This document shows positions 27,966 through 38,459 of a stretch of 64,000 nucleotides of DNA, one piece after another. Every line of letters begins with the position of its first letter. Within the stretch, counting starts at the first letter, position 1. Position numbers and translations under genes: made by a program. This DNA is from Nitrospirae bacterium JdFR-86 (GTDB taxonomy: Bacteria; Nitrospirota; Thermodesulfovibrionia; Thermodesulfovibrionales; JdFR-86), in the NCBI GenBank assembly GCA_002011815.1, contig MTOV01000004.1:41872-105871 (forward strand), read 5' to 3'. The notes beneath the pieces were generated by a model. It saw only the letters and a list, made by a program, of their open reading frames with translations, ran no database searches and was not told the origin of the DNA.

Positions 27966-29279
27966 TTAACCGTTCGTTATCCTTTCTCCCCAGTTCTTTG
28001 CTTTTTTCAGTATTTCCTTTTCATCGGCGTTCAGAAGTTTTCCATCGTTCAGCACCATTTTTCCGTTTACCATCACAGACTCTACGTCCGAGGGTCTCAT
28101 CGAATAGACTATATGGGAGTATATGTTATAAAGCGGGGTAAGGTGTGGTTTTTCAAGGTTGATTATGATAATATCGGCTGTCTTTCCTGGTTCAAGGCTT
28201 CCGACATCCTGAAGTCTGAGAGCCTCTGCCGCCCATCTGGTCGCCATTAAAAGGACTGTTTTTGCCTCGAGCGCAGTCGGGTCTTTTGATACTGCCTTAT
28301 GAACCTTTGCAGCAGTAGACATCTCACCCAGAATATTCAGGTCATTGTTGCTTGCTGCACCGTCAGTGCCAAACGTCACCTTTATACCGGCTCTAAGCAT
28401 CTTTAACACCGGTGCAATACCTGAGGCAAGTTTAAGATTGCTTTCTATACAGTGAGAAACGCTAACATTCTTTTCAGCCAGTATATCTATTTCTTCATCA
28501 GTAAGCCATACGCAGTGGGCAGCCAGAACCCTTTCGCTCAAGAAGTCAATCTCATTAAGAAGCATTCCCGGAGTCTTGCCGTATTTGTTCTTTATTTCAT
28601 ATACTTCCCATTCTGTCTCAGACAGGTGGATATGAACAGGAACATTGTGTCTGATGGCAATAGCCTTTGCCTTTCTCAATGTTTCAGCGCTACAGGTGTA
28701 TACAGCATGAGGGGCAACACAAGGGGTAATCAATTCGTCTTCTTTCCATTTGTCTATGAACCTTTCTGCCTTTTCAAGACAGTCTTCGGCTCCTGATGTC
28801 GTTTTTGTTGGAAAATCAAGGATACCGGCTCCAAGGACAGCCCTCATGCCGAGCCTTTTAGTTGTTTCAGCTGCAACGTCCTCGAAAAAATACATGTCGT
28901 TATAAGTGGTAATTCCTGCCTTCAGCATCTCGATGCAGGCAAGCTCCACTGCATCGTTTATGAACTCGGTACCGAGCCACTTGTTTTCTGCAGGCCATAT
29001 ATGCCCTTCAAGCCATTGTTTCAAAGGAAGGTCATCAGCCATCCCCCTGAGCAAAACCATTGCCGCATGAGTATGGGTGTTTATCAAGCCCGGAAGTATT
29101 GCCCGTCCGCTGCCGCCTATAAGGCTTTTCGTCTCGTATTTCCGGGAGATTTCCTTAAATGCTCCTATTTCGATTATTTTACCGTTGCTTATTGCCAGGG
29201 CAGTGTCCTTGAGGACACCAAGTGTCTCATCCATGGGGAGCACATATTCCCCATATACTATATAGTCTGCCTTTTTCAT
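27966..29279 (-). CDS. mtaD: 5-methylthioadenosine/S-adenosylhomocysteine deaminase (amidohydrolase)
   Basis: Motifs are PGLINTHTHAAMVLLRGMADDLPL, HLSET and GTDGAASNN. Confidence 0.85.
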   Translation of the reverse strand: MKKADYIVYGEYVLPMDETLGVLKDTALAISNGKIIEIGAFKEISRKYETKSLIGGSGRAILPGLINTHTHAAMVLLRGMADDLPLKQWLEGHIWPAENKWLGTEFINDAVELACIEMLKAGITTYNDMYFFEDVAAETTKRLGMRAVLGAGILDFPTKTTSGAEDCLEKAERFIDKWKEDELITPCVAPHAVYTCSAETLRKAKAIAIRHNVPVHIHLSETEWEVYEIKNKYGKTPGMLLNEIDFLSERVLAAHCVWLTDEEIDILAEKNVSVSHCIESNLKLASGIAPVLKMLRAGIKVTFGTDGAASNNDLNILGEMSTAAKVHKAVSKDPTALEAKTVLLMATRWAAEALRLQDVGSLEPGKTADIIIINLEKPHLTPLYNIYSHIVYSMRPSDVESVMVNGKMVLNDGKLLNADEKEILKKAKNWGERITNG

Positions 29280-30946
29280 GATTTCAGCCTATTTACGACT
29301 TCTTCAGGTTTAACTTTAATCGCTTCTTTTGTTCTTCTGTCTCTTATTTCCACCATTCCCTCCTTCAGGTTTCTTTCGCCTATAACGACCTGTTTTGGAA
29401 TGCCTATGAGGTCTGCATCCTTAAATTTTACGCCTGCGCGTTCATCCCTGTCATCCATCAGCACATCTATGCCTGATTCATTAAGTCGTTTGTAAATATC
29501 TTCTGCGACCTCAACTGTCCTGCCGTCTTTCATGTTAAGGGGTATTAATTCCACATCAAAAGGTGCTATGGCTTTAGGCCATATAATGCCGTCTTTGTCA
29601 TTGTTCTGCTCTATGGCTGCTGCTGCGATTCTTGCAGGACCTATGCCGTAACTGCCCATCACAATCGGTTTTTCATGACCGTTGGCATCAAGATAGAAAG
29701 CCTTCAACGGCTCTGAGTATTTTGTGCCAAGCTTGAATATATTTCCAATCTCTATACACCGCTCTATTCTTAATGGCGCACTGCATTTCGGGCATCCATC
29801 GCCAGCCTTGGCTACATGGATGTCGTGCCAGTCTGCATTGAAATGCACGCCTGGTCTGATGCCTTTTGTGTGATAATCCTGCTTGTTCGCCCCGCTTATG
29901 TACACGCCTTCTTTAATACTGGAGTCTGCGATTATTCTTACCTTCTGGTTCATTGGTCCGATAAAGCCGGCTTCCACGCCGAGTATGTCCTTTACTTCTT
30001 CCTTAAGAGCCGGTCTAAAAGAGCCTATTATTCGTTCCATCTTTTTTTCGTGTAATTCCTGGTCTCCTCTTACAAGAGCCAGAACAGGCTTGTCTGAAGC
30101 TATAAGCAGAAGGCTTTTTATGAAATACTGAGGGCTTACATTGAGAAATTCAGAGACTTCCTCGACAGTTCTTTTCTCCGGGGTATGCACGTCTTCAAGA
30201 TTCCAGTCTTCAAACTGCACTGGCGGAGGCACTGACTGTGCAAGCTCCACATTGGCAGCGTATCCACAACTGTCGCAGAGTGCGATTTCATCCTCACCTG
30301 CAGCAGCAGGTGCCATGAACTCATGTGCAGTAGCCCCTCCCATCATGCCTGGGTCTGACTCCACCTGATAATACTTCAGCCCGCATCTCTGGAATATCCT
30401 GTGGTAAGCCTCCTCGTGAAGATTGTAGCTTTTTTCAAGCCCTTTCTCATCGGTGTCGAAACTGTAGCTATCCTTCATCAGGAATTCTCTTGTGCGCAGG
30501 ATACCGCTTTTGGGTCTTGCTTCATCCCGAAGTTTTGTCTGTATCTGATACCATATCTGGGGAAGTTCCCTATAGGAGCGTATCTCCCTTGAAGCGAGCC
30601 ATGTCATAATCTCCTCGTGGGTCATTCCAAGACACATGTCGCGCCCGCCTCTGTCCTTTAATCTGAACATCTCTTCTTTTATTTCATACCATCTGCCTGT
30701 CTGCTGCCATACCTCTGCAGGGTGAAGTGCAGGCATCGAGACCTCCTGCGCACCTATGGCATCCATCTCCTCCCGCAAGATGGCGTTTATCCTGTTAAGG
30801 ACTCTCCAGCCCAAAGGAAGAAATATGTAAAGACCAGCAGCAAGCTGTCTCACATACCCTGCCCTTACCATAAGCCGGTGGCTTACGGCTTCTGCATCTG
30901 AAGGGTCTTCTCTTAATGTGGGAATAAACATCTTTGAAAAACGCAT
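29276..30946 (-). CDS. proS: Proline--tRNA ligase
   Basis: The product starts MRFSKMFIPTLREDPSDAE and has class II motifs. The start is set to ATG 30946 with GGAGG 5 nt upstream. The track ORF starts at 30961. Confidence 0.95.
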   Translation of the reverse strand: MRFSKMFIPTLREDPSDAEAVSHRLMVRAGYVRQLAAGLYIFLPLGWRVLNRINAILREEMDAIGAQEVSMPALHPAEVWQQTGRWYEIKEEMFRLKDRGGRDMCLGMTHEEIMTWLASREIRSYRELPQIWYQIQTKLRDEARPKSGILRTREFLMKDSYSFDTDEKGLEKSYNLHEEAYHRIFQRCGLKYYQVESDPGMMGGATAHEFMAPAAAGEDEIALCDSCGYAANVELAQSVPPPVQFEDWNLEDVHTPEKRTVEEVSEFLNVSPQYFIKSLLLIASDKPVLALVRGDQELHEKKMERIIGSFRPALKEEVKDILGVEAGFIGPMNQKVRIIADSSIKEGVYISGANKQDYHTKGIRPGVHFNADWHDIHVAKAGDGCPKCSAPLRIERCIEIGNIFKLGTKYSEPLKAFYLDANGHEKPIVMGSYGIGPARIAAAAIEQNNDKDGIIWPKAIAPFDVELIPLNMKDGRTVEVAEDIYKRLNESGIDVLMDDRDERAGVKFKDADLIGIPKQVVIGERNLKEGMVEIRDRRTKEAIKVKPEEVVNRLKS

Positions 30947-31135
30947 CCAAACCTCCAGCAATCAAAATAGGCCTAACAGATAGAATAATTTTTTTATAGA
31001 CGTATTGCAAGAAGGGAATATACACCCCTTTTTAAGAAAAAAATTATACCAGCAAAAATTAGGACTAAAAATTATTGTCAAAGTGTGCCAAAATTATGGT
31101 AACTAATTAAATACTTCATACAGGAGAGAGAAGCC

Positions 31136-32548
31136 ATGAAGATTAAAAGAATCTCATTTATAGAGGCGAAGTCGCCAGGGGCTCATATTTTTAGCAAATT
31201 TCCGATTCCAAGGCTTGGTGCAGTCCTGCTGTCTACAATCCTGAAAGACCGGGGCTATGAAGTAAAGGCATTTATAGAAGACATTGCCCCCCCTGACTGG
31301 TCTTATATTGAAAATTCCGATGTTGTATGTATCTCCACTATTACTTCCACTTCTCTGAGGGCATACACGATTGCAGACAGACTCAGGGAAAAAGGAATCC
31401 CTGTTGTAATAGGAGGAGCGCATCCCTCTTTCCTGCCGGAAGAAGCGCTTGAACACGCCGATTATGTAGTGCGGGGAGAAGGTGACCTTACACTGCCTGA
31501 ACTGATCGAGTATCTTGAAAAAGGGACTCCTGAAATCAGTTCAATAAATGGACTTAGTTATCGAAACAGCAATGGCTCTGTTGTCAATAACCCGCCAAGA
31601 CCGCTTCTTGAAGACCTTGATATGCTGCCTATCCCTGACTTCGGACTTGTCCACAACTGGCAGGCTTCCAATATTTACCCAATCTCAACATCAAGGGGGT
31701 GTCCGTTTAATTGCACCTTCTGCTCTGTGATACGCATGTTCGGGAGAAGATACAGAACCAGGTCAGTCGAAGCAGTGCTGGAGGAACTGAGACACGTCAA
31801 CTCTGTCTCAAAGGCAAGCAAGTTCTTTGTAGATGACAATTTCGCTGCAAACAAGAAACGGACAAAGGAATTACTGCGTGCCATGATTGCCGAAGGCATA
31901 AACTTCAAGTGGTCTGCACAAGTAAGAACAGACGTCGCAAAGGACAAGGAACTCTTAAGACTGATGGCTGATTCACACTGTGAAGTCGTTTACATCGGGT
32001 TTGAGTCTGTTAACCCAAAAACCCTTGAAACGTTTAACAAGAGACAGAATCTCGATGAGATTATAGACTGCATCAGAGCAGTAAAGGAGCACGGGATTGA
32101 AATCCACGGCATGTTCGTATTCGGCGCTGATACGGATACTGCGGACACCCTGAAAGAGACTGCAGACTTCGCAATAAAACACGGCATTGATACTGTGCAG
32201 TTTATGATGCTTACCCCTCTTCCAGGCACACCATTCTTTCATGAGATGAAAGAATCAGGCAGGCTTCTGCATACCGACTGGAGTAAATACGATGCCCACC
32301 ATGTCGTATATAAGCCTCTTCTTATGGATCCCCAGACACTTCATATCGAAAGCCTCAAGGCAATGGGGCGGTTCTACTCATGGAAATATATATTCAGACA
32401 CCTTGCAAATTTTGATTTCTTCCATGTATTAATCGGACTGTACGGCAAGAAGGCAGTAAAAAGGGCACTCAATGAAGCTATTGACTATCTTAGTTCTATA
32501 AATACCCTTATGGATTTTCCTACTCCGAAGCGGCCGACAAACCCATAG
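31136..32548 (+). CDS. B12-binding-domain radical SAM protein (COG1032-like), substrate unknown
   Basis: The N-terminal cobalamin-binding-like domain has VCISTITSTS...VVIGGAHPS. The radical SAM motif is SRGCPFNCTFCS. SD GGAGAG precedes the ATG. Confidence 0.8.
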   Translation: MKIKRISFIEAKSPGAHIFSKFPIPRLGAVLLSTILKDRGYEVKAFIEDIAPPDWSYIENSDVVCISTITSTSLRAYTIADRLREKGIPVVIGGAHPSFLPEEALEHADYVVRGEGDLTLPELIEYLEKGTPEISSINGLSYRNSNGSVVNNPPRPLLEDLDMLPIPDFGLVHNWQASNIYPISTSRGCPFNCTFCSVIRMFGRRYRTRSVEAVLEELRHVNSVSKASKFFVDDNFAANKKRTKELLRAMIAEGINFKWSAQVRTDVAKDKELLRLMADSHCEVVYIGFESVNPKTLETFNKRQNLDEIIDCIRAVKEHGIEIHGMFVFGADTDTADTLKETADFAIKHGIDTVQFMMLTPLPGTPFFHEMKESGRLLHTDWSKYDAHHVVYKPLLMDPQTLHIESLKAMGRFYSWKYIFRHLANFDFFHVLIGLYGKKAVKRALNEAIDYLSSINTLMDFPTPKRPTNP

Positions 32549-32655
32549 ACGGGTATTTAGTCTTCCACTGGTTAGCTTTATGAATTTAGGAATTTGGTGT
32601 ATAATATTAATGCATTTGTCCAAAAACAGAACTGTTTAAAATAAAGGAGGATTAA

Positions 32656-32988
32656 ATGGCAGAAGGTATTGTAACCGTTACTACATCCACCTGGGAAAAA
32701 GAAGTACTACAGTCTGAAGGACTTGTAATGGTTGATTTTTGGGCTGTCTGGTGCGGTCCATGCAGGATGATAGCACCTACTGTGGAAGAACTTGCAAAAG
32801 AATACGCAGGCAAATTAAAGGTTGCAAAACTTAATACGGACGAAAATCCTGACATTGCCAGCAGATATAAAATAATGGGCATACCAACTATTATGTTTTT
32901 CAAAAACGGAGAAAAACTCGACCAGATAGTAGGAGCAGTTCCAAAACCTCAGTTAAAAGCAAAGATTGACTCTCTTCTTACAGCCTGA
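32656..32988 (+). CDS. trxA: Thioredoxin
   Basis: VDFWAVWCGPCRMIAP is present. The product is 110 aa with SD AAGGAGG. Confidence 0.95.
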   Translation: MAEGIVTVTTSTWEKEVLQSEGLVMVDFWAVWCGPCRMIAPTVEELAKEYAGKLKVAKLNTDENPDIASRYKIMGIPTIMFFKNGEKLDQIVGAVPKPQLKAKIDSLLTA

Positions 32989-33011
32989 CAATAAATTGTC
33001 GTTCTGAGAAT

Positions 33012-33500
33012 ATGAAAAAAACCTTAGCTGTTATAGTTCTGGTATTTTTTGTCCTGCTGTCTGGGTGCGAGAAAAAGGTTCCGAGGGTAAACAGTCCTGC
33101 CCCTGATTTTATCCTTAAAGATATTGAAGGCAAATCCGTAAGGCTTTCAGACTACAGGGGCAAGGTCGTGGTGCTTGAGTTCTGGGCTACATGGTGTCCA
33201 CCATGCAAGCTGGCTATACCGGAGTTCAACTCATTGTATGAAAAATACATAGGCAGAGAGTTTGAGCTTCTTGCCGTCTCAATAGATGAAGACTCATCAG
33301 GACTGCGCTCGTTCGCAAAAGAGTACGGCATTAGCTATCCAGTGCTTGCTGACAACAAGAATGTTGCTGAGCTTTACGGAATAACGAATATACCTACCAC
33401 CATCATAATCAACAAGGAAGGTATAATTTCCAATAAACATCTTGGGTATGTGCCTGGAATGGCAGAACTTCTTTCAGAAGATATAGAGGCGCTTCTTTAA
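33012..33500 (+). CDS. TlpA/ResA-like thiol:disulfide oxidoreductase lipoprotein
   Basis: The lipobox is LLSGC. The redoxin motif is VLEFWATWCPPC. Confidence 0.8.
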   Translation: MKKTLAVIVLVFFVLLSGCEKKVPRVNSPAPDFILKDIEGKSVRLSDYRGKVVVLEFWATWCPPCKLAIPEFNSLYEKYIGREFELLAVSIDEDSSGLRSFAKEYGISYPVLADNKNVAELYGITNIPTTIIINKEGIISNKHLGYVPGMAELLSEDIEALL

Positions 33501-33501
33501 A

Positions 33502-34818
33502 ATGTTTGAAACACTAAGCGAAAAACTCGAGTCTGTATTTAAGAAACTTAAAAGCAAGGGACTTCTAAAGGAAGAGGATGTAGATGTAGCCCTGAAGGAA
33601 GTCCGGGTTGCACTTCTTGAGGCTGATGTAAACTTCAAGATTGTAAAAGACTTTATACAAAGAGTAAGAGAAAAGGCAGTAGGCAAAGAGGTTCTTGAGA
33701 GTCTCACCCCAGGGCAACAGGTTGTAAAGATAGTGCATAATGAGCTGTGCGACCTTCTTGGAGGCACATCAAGCAAAATCTATCTTTCTCCCACACCGCC
33801 AACAGTGATAATGCTCGTAGGGCTTCACGGCTCTGGAAAGACAACAACTGCTGCAAAAATCGGCATGCTCTTCAAGAGAGAAGGCAGGCGTCCTATGCTC
33901 GTAGCAGCAGACCTGCAAAGACCAGCAGCCATTGAACAGCTGGTCACGCTCGGCTCCCAGACAGGCATACCTGTGTTCCATTCAAAAGAGATAAAAGACC
34001 CTGTAACCCTCTGCACCGAGTCAATAAAAAACGCAAAACTCGAAGGAAGAGATATAGTAATCTTCGACACTGCGGGAAGACTTCACATTGACGACACCCT
34101 CATGGCAGAACTCGAAAGGATAAAGAATGCGACAACACCAAAAGAGACCCTTCTGGTTGCCGATGCGATGACAGGTCAGGATGCCGTAAACATCGCAAAG
34201 AAATTCAACGAAACTATAGGCATAGACGGCATAATCCTCACAAAAATGGATGGCGATGCACGTGGTGGCGCTGCACTGTCCATAAAGGCTATTACAGGCA
34301 AGCCCATAAAATACATAGGTGTCGGGGAAAAAATAGACATGATAGAGCCCTTCCATCCAGACAGGATTGCAAACGCAATACTCGGAATGGGCGATGTCCT
34401 GACTCTTATAGAAAAAGCCCAGAGGGCGTTCGATGAAAAAGAGGCTCAAAAACTTCAGGAAAAAATACTCGGTGAATCATTCACTTTCGAAGACCTAAGA
34501 GACCAGCTCAGAAAAATGCGCAGTATGGGGCCTCTTGAAAACCTGCTTAACATGATACCCGGCTTCAGTAAACTCAAAGGAATTAAAATTGACGAAAAAG
34601 AGCTTGTTAAGGTAGAAGCAATAATAAATTCAATGACATCTGAGGAAAGAAGAAATCACAATATCTTAAACGGGAGTCGCAGAAGAAGAATCGCGCTGGG
34701 AAGCGGCACAACCGTTACAGATGTCAACCGCGTTATAAAGCAATACATGGAAATGAGAAAGATGCTCAAGATGTTCAAAAAAGGAAAGGGCAAAATACCA
34801 AAAATTTTGCCCTTTTAA
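33502..34818 (+). CDS. ffh: Signal recognition particle protein Ffh
   Basis: Motifs are MFETLSEKLESVFKKL, GLHGSGKTTT, DTAGRL, TKMDGDARGG and a Met-rich M domain. Confidence 0.95.
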   Translation: MFETLSEKLESVFKKLKSKGLLKEEDVDVALKEVRVALLEADVNFKIVKDFIQRVREKAVGKEVLESLTPGQQVVKIVHNELCDLLGGTSSKIYLSPTPPTVIMLVGLHGSGKTTTAAKIGMLFKREGRRPMLVAADLQRPAAIEQLVTLGSQTGIPVFHSKEIKDPVTLCTESIKNAKLEGRDIVIFDTAGRLHIDDTLMAELERIKNATTPKETLLVADAMTGQDAVNIAKKFNETIGIDGIILTKMDGDARGGAALSIKAITGKPIKYIGVGEKIDMIEPFHPDRIANAILGMGDVLTLIEKAQRAFDEKEAQKLQEKILGESFTFEDLRDQLRKMRSMGPLENLLNMIPGFSKLKGIKIDEKELVKVEAIINSMTSEERRNHNILNGSRRRRIALGSGTTVTDVNRVIKQYMEMRKMLKMFKKGKGKIPKILPF

Positions 34819-34867
34819 ATTCAACTCTATAGTTAAAAGCCGCCTGCCGTTTCTTTACAGCCTGAGA

Positions 34868-35155
34868 TTATTGCTCAGGTGGATTTAAAGCTTCTCTTAA
34901 TGCCTTGCCTGTTTTAAAGCGGATTGCCTTTTTCGGTGGAACGTCAACGCTTTCACCTGTTTTCGGATTCCGTGCCTTTCTGGCTTTTCTCTCCTTAACC
35001 CTGAAATTTCCAAATCCCCTTATCTCTATTTTTTCGCCTCTTCGTAAAGCCTCCTTAATGCTTTCAAAAACCGTTTCTACGACTATTTCGGTCTGCTTAA
35101 GCGTAAGCCCCTCTACCCTCTCCGCTACCTTCTCGATGAGAGCTGACCTTGTCAT
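34868..35155 (-). CDS. ihfB: Integration host factor beta-like / HU-family DNA-binding protein
   Basis: MTRSALIEK...GEKIEIRGFGNFRVKERKARKARNPKTGE is IhfB-like. It lies downstream of rpsA, as in the known cmk-rpsA-ihfB synteny. Confidence 0.8.
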   Translation of the reverse strand: MTRSALIEKVAERVEGLTLKQTEIVVETVFESIKEALRRGEKIEIRGFGNFRVKERKARKARNPKTGESVDVPPKKAIRFKTGKALREALNPPEQ

Positions 35156-35164
35156 ATTACCTCC

Positions 35165-36016
35165 TTAAGGACTGAGTATGTATTTTATTTTTATATGCGG
35201 AAACATTTCTGATATTTTCCCTGAGAAGCTTTCTCTGAGCATATCAAAAACAGAAATCTTTTCTTTTTTGCTTACGACATCTGGTTCTCCTTTTATACCG
35301 GCAAGCTTTGCGGAAATCATAATGGCATCCTCGAGATTGCCGAGTTCGTCAACAAGTCCTATCTCCTTTGCCTGTCTTCCTGTGAATACTCTTCCATCGG
35401 CAATCTTTCTGACCTCCTCAACTGGCATGTTTCTTCCCTCGGCAACAGCCTTTATGAACTGCTCATGAACATCCTCCAGCACTCCCTGAAGGATGCGTCT
35501 TTCTTCCTCTCCGAGTTTTCTGAAAACAGAAGCCATGTCCTTGTATCTGCCGCTTTTTATCACTTCTGTTTTTATGCCGACTTTATCCATAAGGCCTTCC
35601 AGATTAGGTATCTCCATGATGACCCCTATCGAGCCTGTCAGTGTGCCCGGGTTGGCAACAATTTTTGTAGCAGGAGCTACAATATAATACCCGCCTGAAG
35701 CTGCCACAGAGCCCATTGAAGCGACTACCTTCTTTTTGGATACAGCTTTTTTAACCTCCTCGTATATCTCCTGGGACGGTGCAACAGCACCACCAGGACT
35801 GTCCACCCTGAGCACTATAGCCTTTATCGAAGGGTCTTTTACATACTCCTTAAGTTCCTCTATATGTTTTCTCGAATCGATTATAGGACCTTCTATGCGC
35901 ACAAGGGCAACTTTGTCCCGGATAGTAACGCCCTTGCGTTCGACCACTGCAATCAGGGCGCTGATTACAATAAGGAAAATGAATATCCCAAGCACTATAA
36001 GGCAGAGCTTTTTCAC
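35165..36016 (-). CDS. sppA: Signal peptide peptidase SppA (36K type)
   Basis: An N-terminal TM helix is present, with VLRVDSPGG, SGGYYIVAPATKIVANPGTLTGSIGV and the Ser/Lys dyad context. Confidence 0.9.
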   Translation of the reverse strand: MKKLCLIVLGIFIFLIVISALIAVVERKGVTIRDKVALVRIEGPIIDSRKHIEELKEYVKDPSIKAIVLRVDSPGGAVAPSQEIYEEVKKAVSKKKVVASMGSVAASGGYYIVAPATKIVANPGTLTGSIGVIMEIPNLEGLMDKVGIKTEVIKSGRYKDMASVFRKLGEEERRILQGVLEDVHEQFIKAVAEGRNMPVEEVRKIADGRVFTGRQAKEIGLVDELGNLEDAIMISAKLAGIKGEPDVVSKKEKISVFDMLRESFSGKISEMFPHIKIKYILSP

Positions 36017-37584
36017 TCCTCAATCCTCTTTACATTTTTCATGCTAAGCCCCATTTTCCTGTTCGTCAAGTCAATTTTTATTATTCGCGCCCAGAGCTCA
36101 TCGCCTTCCTTGATGGGTTCTTCTGTCTTTATTATCTCTGAAGAATATATAAGTCCTTCAACCTCCCCGTCGAATTCAACAAATATACCAAAATCCGTTA
36201 TTCTAAGCACTTTGCATTTAACTTCGTCACCGAGCTTGAACTTCTTTGGTATTTCGTTTATCCACGGGTCTGGGGTGAGCTGTTTTATTCCGAGTGCCAT
36301 TCTTTCTTTTTCAGGCTCGATGTTCAACACCACGGCTTCAACAGTCTGTCCTTTTTTCAGGACTTCCGACGGATGCCTTATATGTTTAGTCCATGAAAGA
36401 TCAGATATATGTATAAGTGCATCGACCCCTTCGGCAAGACCGACAAACGCCCCGAACTCTGTAATCCCCCTTATCTTTCCGGTTATTACCTGCCCTACCC
36501 TGTATCTTTCTGAGACAAGCTGCCATGGACTCGGCTTAAGCTGTTTAATGCTAAGAGAAAGTCTCCTTTCAGCCTTATCTGTCTTTAACACCAGCGCCTC
36601 GACTGTCTGTCCTATAGTGAGATACTTTGAGGGATGTTTTGGTCTTGAAGCCCAGTCGATTTCTGTAGCATGCACAAGACCTTCAAGGTCTTCCTCTATT
36701 TCTATGAATGCACCGTAGTCTGTTATGCCAACCACTTTTCCTGTCACCTTTGTCCCTGGAGGATACTTTTCATCCACATTGCTCCATGGGTCAGGTCTTT
36801 TTTGTTTATATCCGAGTGTGACTTTTTCGTTTTCCTTATCATATTGCAACACAATGACTTCTATCTCATCACCGACAGCGAAATGTGAGCTTGGATGCGT
36901 TATCCGTCCCCAAGAGATATCTGATATATGCAGCAGTCCGTCAACTCCGCCGAGGTCAACAAACACGCCGTAGTCTGTTATATTCTTAACCACTCCTTTC
37001 ATAAGAGCGCCTTCTTTTAGTTTTTCGAGCGTTTCTGCTCTCTTCTTCTGTCTTTCCTCTTCAAGATACAGCCGTCTGGAGACAATGACATTAGAGCGCC
37101 GACTGTTTATCTTCAGAACCTTGAATAACATTTTCTGCCCCATAAGGGCATCGATATCTTTTACAGGTCTAAGGTCAACATGCGAGCCAGGGAGAAAAGC
37201 CCTGACACCTGATATATCCACGAATGCTCCACCTTTGGTCTTTTCGACAATAGTGCCTTCTATTGGTGTATTGTTTTTTAGACATTCTTCCAGAGTTGCC
37301 CATGCTTTTATTTTCGATGCCCTCTCTTTCGAGAGTATCAGCATGCCTTCTGCATCCACTATATCTTCAACAAACACCTCTATGTCATCGCCTTCTTTGA
37401 GCCCTGAAAGCTCTCCTGCCGAGAACTCAGACCCACGTATAATCCCTTCTGATTTATATCCGACATCCACAATAACACTGTCTGGTTTTATCGATATTAC
37501 CTTTCCGGTTAGTATCGAGCCGACCTCGATGCCGTGGAATGTCTCGGCATAGAGTCTTTCAAGCTCTTCGTTTTTAAGTTCCAT
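36013..37584 (-). CDS. rpsA: 30S ribosomal protein S1
   Basis: There are six S1-domain repeats (G..V.G.V..I..FGAFV.L....GL.H.SE). Confidence 0.95.
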   Translation of the reverse strand: MELKNEELERLYAETFHGIEVGSILTGKVISIKPDSVIVDVGYKSEGIIRGSEFSAGELSGLKEGDDIEVFVEDIVDAEGMLILSKERASKIKAWATLEECLKNNTPIEGTIVEKTKGGAFVDISGVRAFLPGSHVDLRPVKDIDALMGQKMLFKVLKINSRRSNVIVSRRLYLEEERQKKRAETLEKLKEGALMKGVVKNITDYGVFVDLGGVDGLLHISDISWGRITHPSSHFAVGDEIEVIVLQYDKENEKVTLGYKQKRPDPWSNVDEKYPPGTKVTGKVVGITDYGAFIEIEEDLEGLVHATEIDWASRPKHPSKYLTIGQTVEALVLKTDKAERRLSLSIKQLKPSPWQLVSERYRVGQVITGKIRGITEFGAFVGLAEGVDALIHISDLSWTKHIRHPSEVLKKGQTVEAVVLNIEPEKERMALGIKQLTPDPWINEIPKKFKLGDEVKCKVLRITDFGIFVEFDGEVEGLIYSSEIIKTEEPIKEGDELWARIIKIDLTNRKMGLSMKNVKRIEE

Positions 37585-38459
37585 CAGCCTGCCTTCCTCC
37601 TATATCCTTCAATTTTTCTTTTCACATCTTTTATTATCCAATCAGGAGTCGAAGCCCCTGCTGTTATCCCTACTTTTTTTGCTTTTGAGAACCATTCTTC
37701 TTTTAGTTCTGAAGCCGTCTCTATATGATATGTAGGAACAGATAAAGAACTGCATAGATTTGCAAGCTGCGTGGTATTGGCACTGTTTCTGCCGCCGACT
37801 ATTACCATAACATCTGCTGTCTTCGCCATCTCTTCTGTTTCTTTCAGTCTGAGAGCAGTGGAATTACATATTGTATTATATACTTTTAGTTCTTTTGTCC
37901 GCTCAACTGCCACTGCAAGCAGTTCTTTTAATGTCTCTATCTGCTGGGTGGTCTGAACCACAATACCGACTTTGCCTTTAAGTGTGGGAAAATCTTTTCC
38001 GCTCCTTACTACTACAACTCTTCTGCCGGCATAACTCATCAGCCCTTTTACCTCGGGATGATCCCTGTCTCCAAGTATAACCACTTTATAACCTTCTTCC
38101 CTAAGAAGTTTAGCATAATGTTGAGCCTTTTTTACAAATGGACAGGTTGCGTCTATTGTCTTATAGCCTGCTTCGGTGAGCTTTTTCATAACCTGAATTG
38201 GCACTCCGTGCGTCCTTATTATAACGGCTTTGACATTCTTATTTTTGAGCTCTTTTATATCATTCACAGGCGTCACGCCCTCTGCCATGAGCTTCTCCAC
38301 GACCTGCGGATTATGTATAATCGGTCCAAGTGTATAAACCCCGCCGTGGCTCTTTTTCGCTACATCAAAGGCTATATCTATAGCCCTTTTGACCCCGAAA
38401 CAGAACCCTGCTCTTTTTGCCACGACTATCTTCATGCCTTGCTTTACTCCCTGCTTCAT
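37584..38459 (-). CDS. ispH: 4-hydroxy-3-methylbut-2-enyl diphosphate reductase
   Basis: Motifs are AGFCFGVKRAI, GPIIHN, DATCPFV and GASTP. An alternative start is ATG 38435 (MKIVVAK). Confidence 0.95.
   Translation of the reverse strand: MKQGVKQGMKIVVAKRAGFCFGVKRAIDIAFDVAKKSHGGVYTLGPIIHNPQVVEKLMAEGVTPVNDIKELKNKNVKAVIIRTHGVPIQVMKKLTEAGYKTIDATCPFVKKAQHYAKLLREEGYKVVILGDRDHPEVKGLMSYAGRRVVVVRSGKDFPTLKGKVGIVVQTTQQIETLKELLAVAVERTKELKVYNTICNSTALRLKETEEMAKTADVMVIVGGRNSANTTQLANLCSSLSVPTYHIETASELKEEWFSKAKKVGITAGASTPDWIIKDVKRKIEGYRRKAG

Noticed and set aside
31012-31033. AAGGG-N9-CCCTT hairpin followed by a T-run in the proS/radical-SAM divergent region
   Set aside because: The stem is only 5 bp and two of the T residues lie inside it. 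No plus-strand gene ends here, so this is probably chance in an AT-rich spacer.
32580-32639. 19-aa ORF (MNLGIWCIILMHLSKNRTV) downstream of the B12-radical SAM gene, considered as a RiPP precursor
   Set aside because: It has no SD, it overlaps the likely trxA promoter (TATAAT), and there are no accompanying maturation or export genes.
35864-36718. 284-aa plus-strand ORF
   Set aside because: It is entirely antisense to the well-supported rpsA and sppA genes. The translation is Ser/Phe/Ile-rich and low complexity, and there is no SD. This is a typical shadow ORF.
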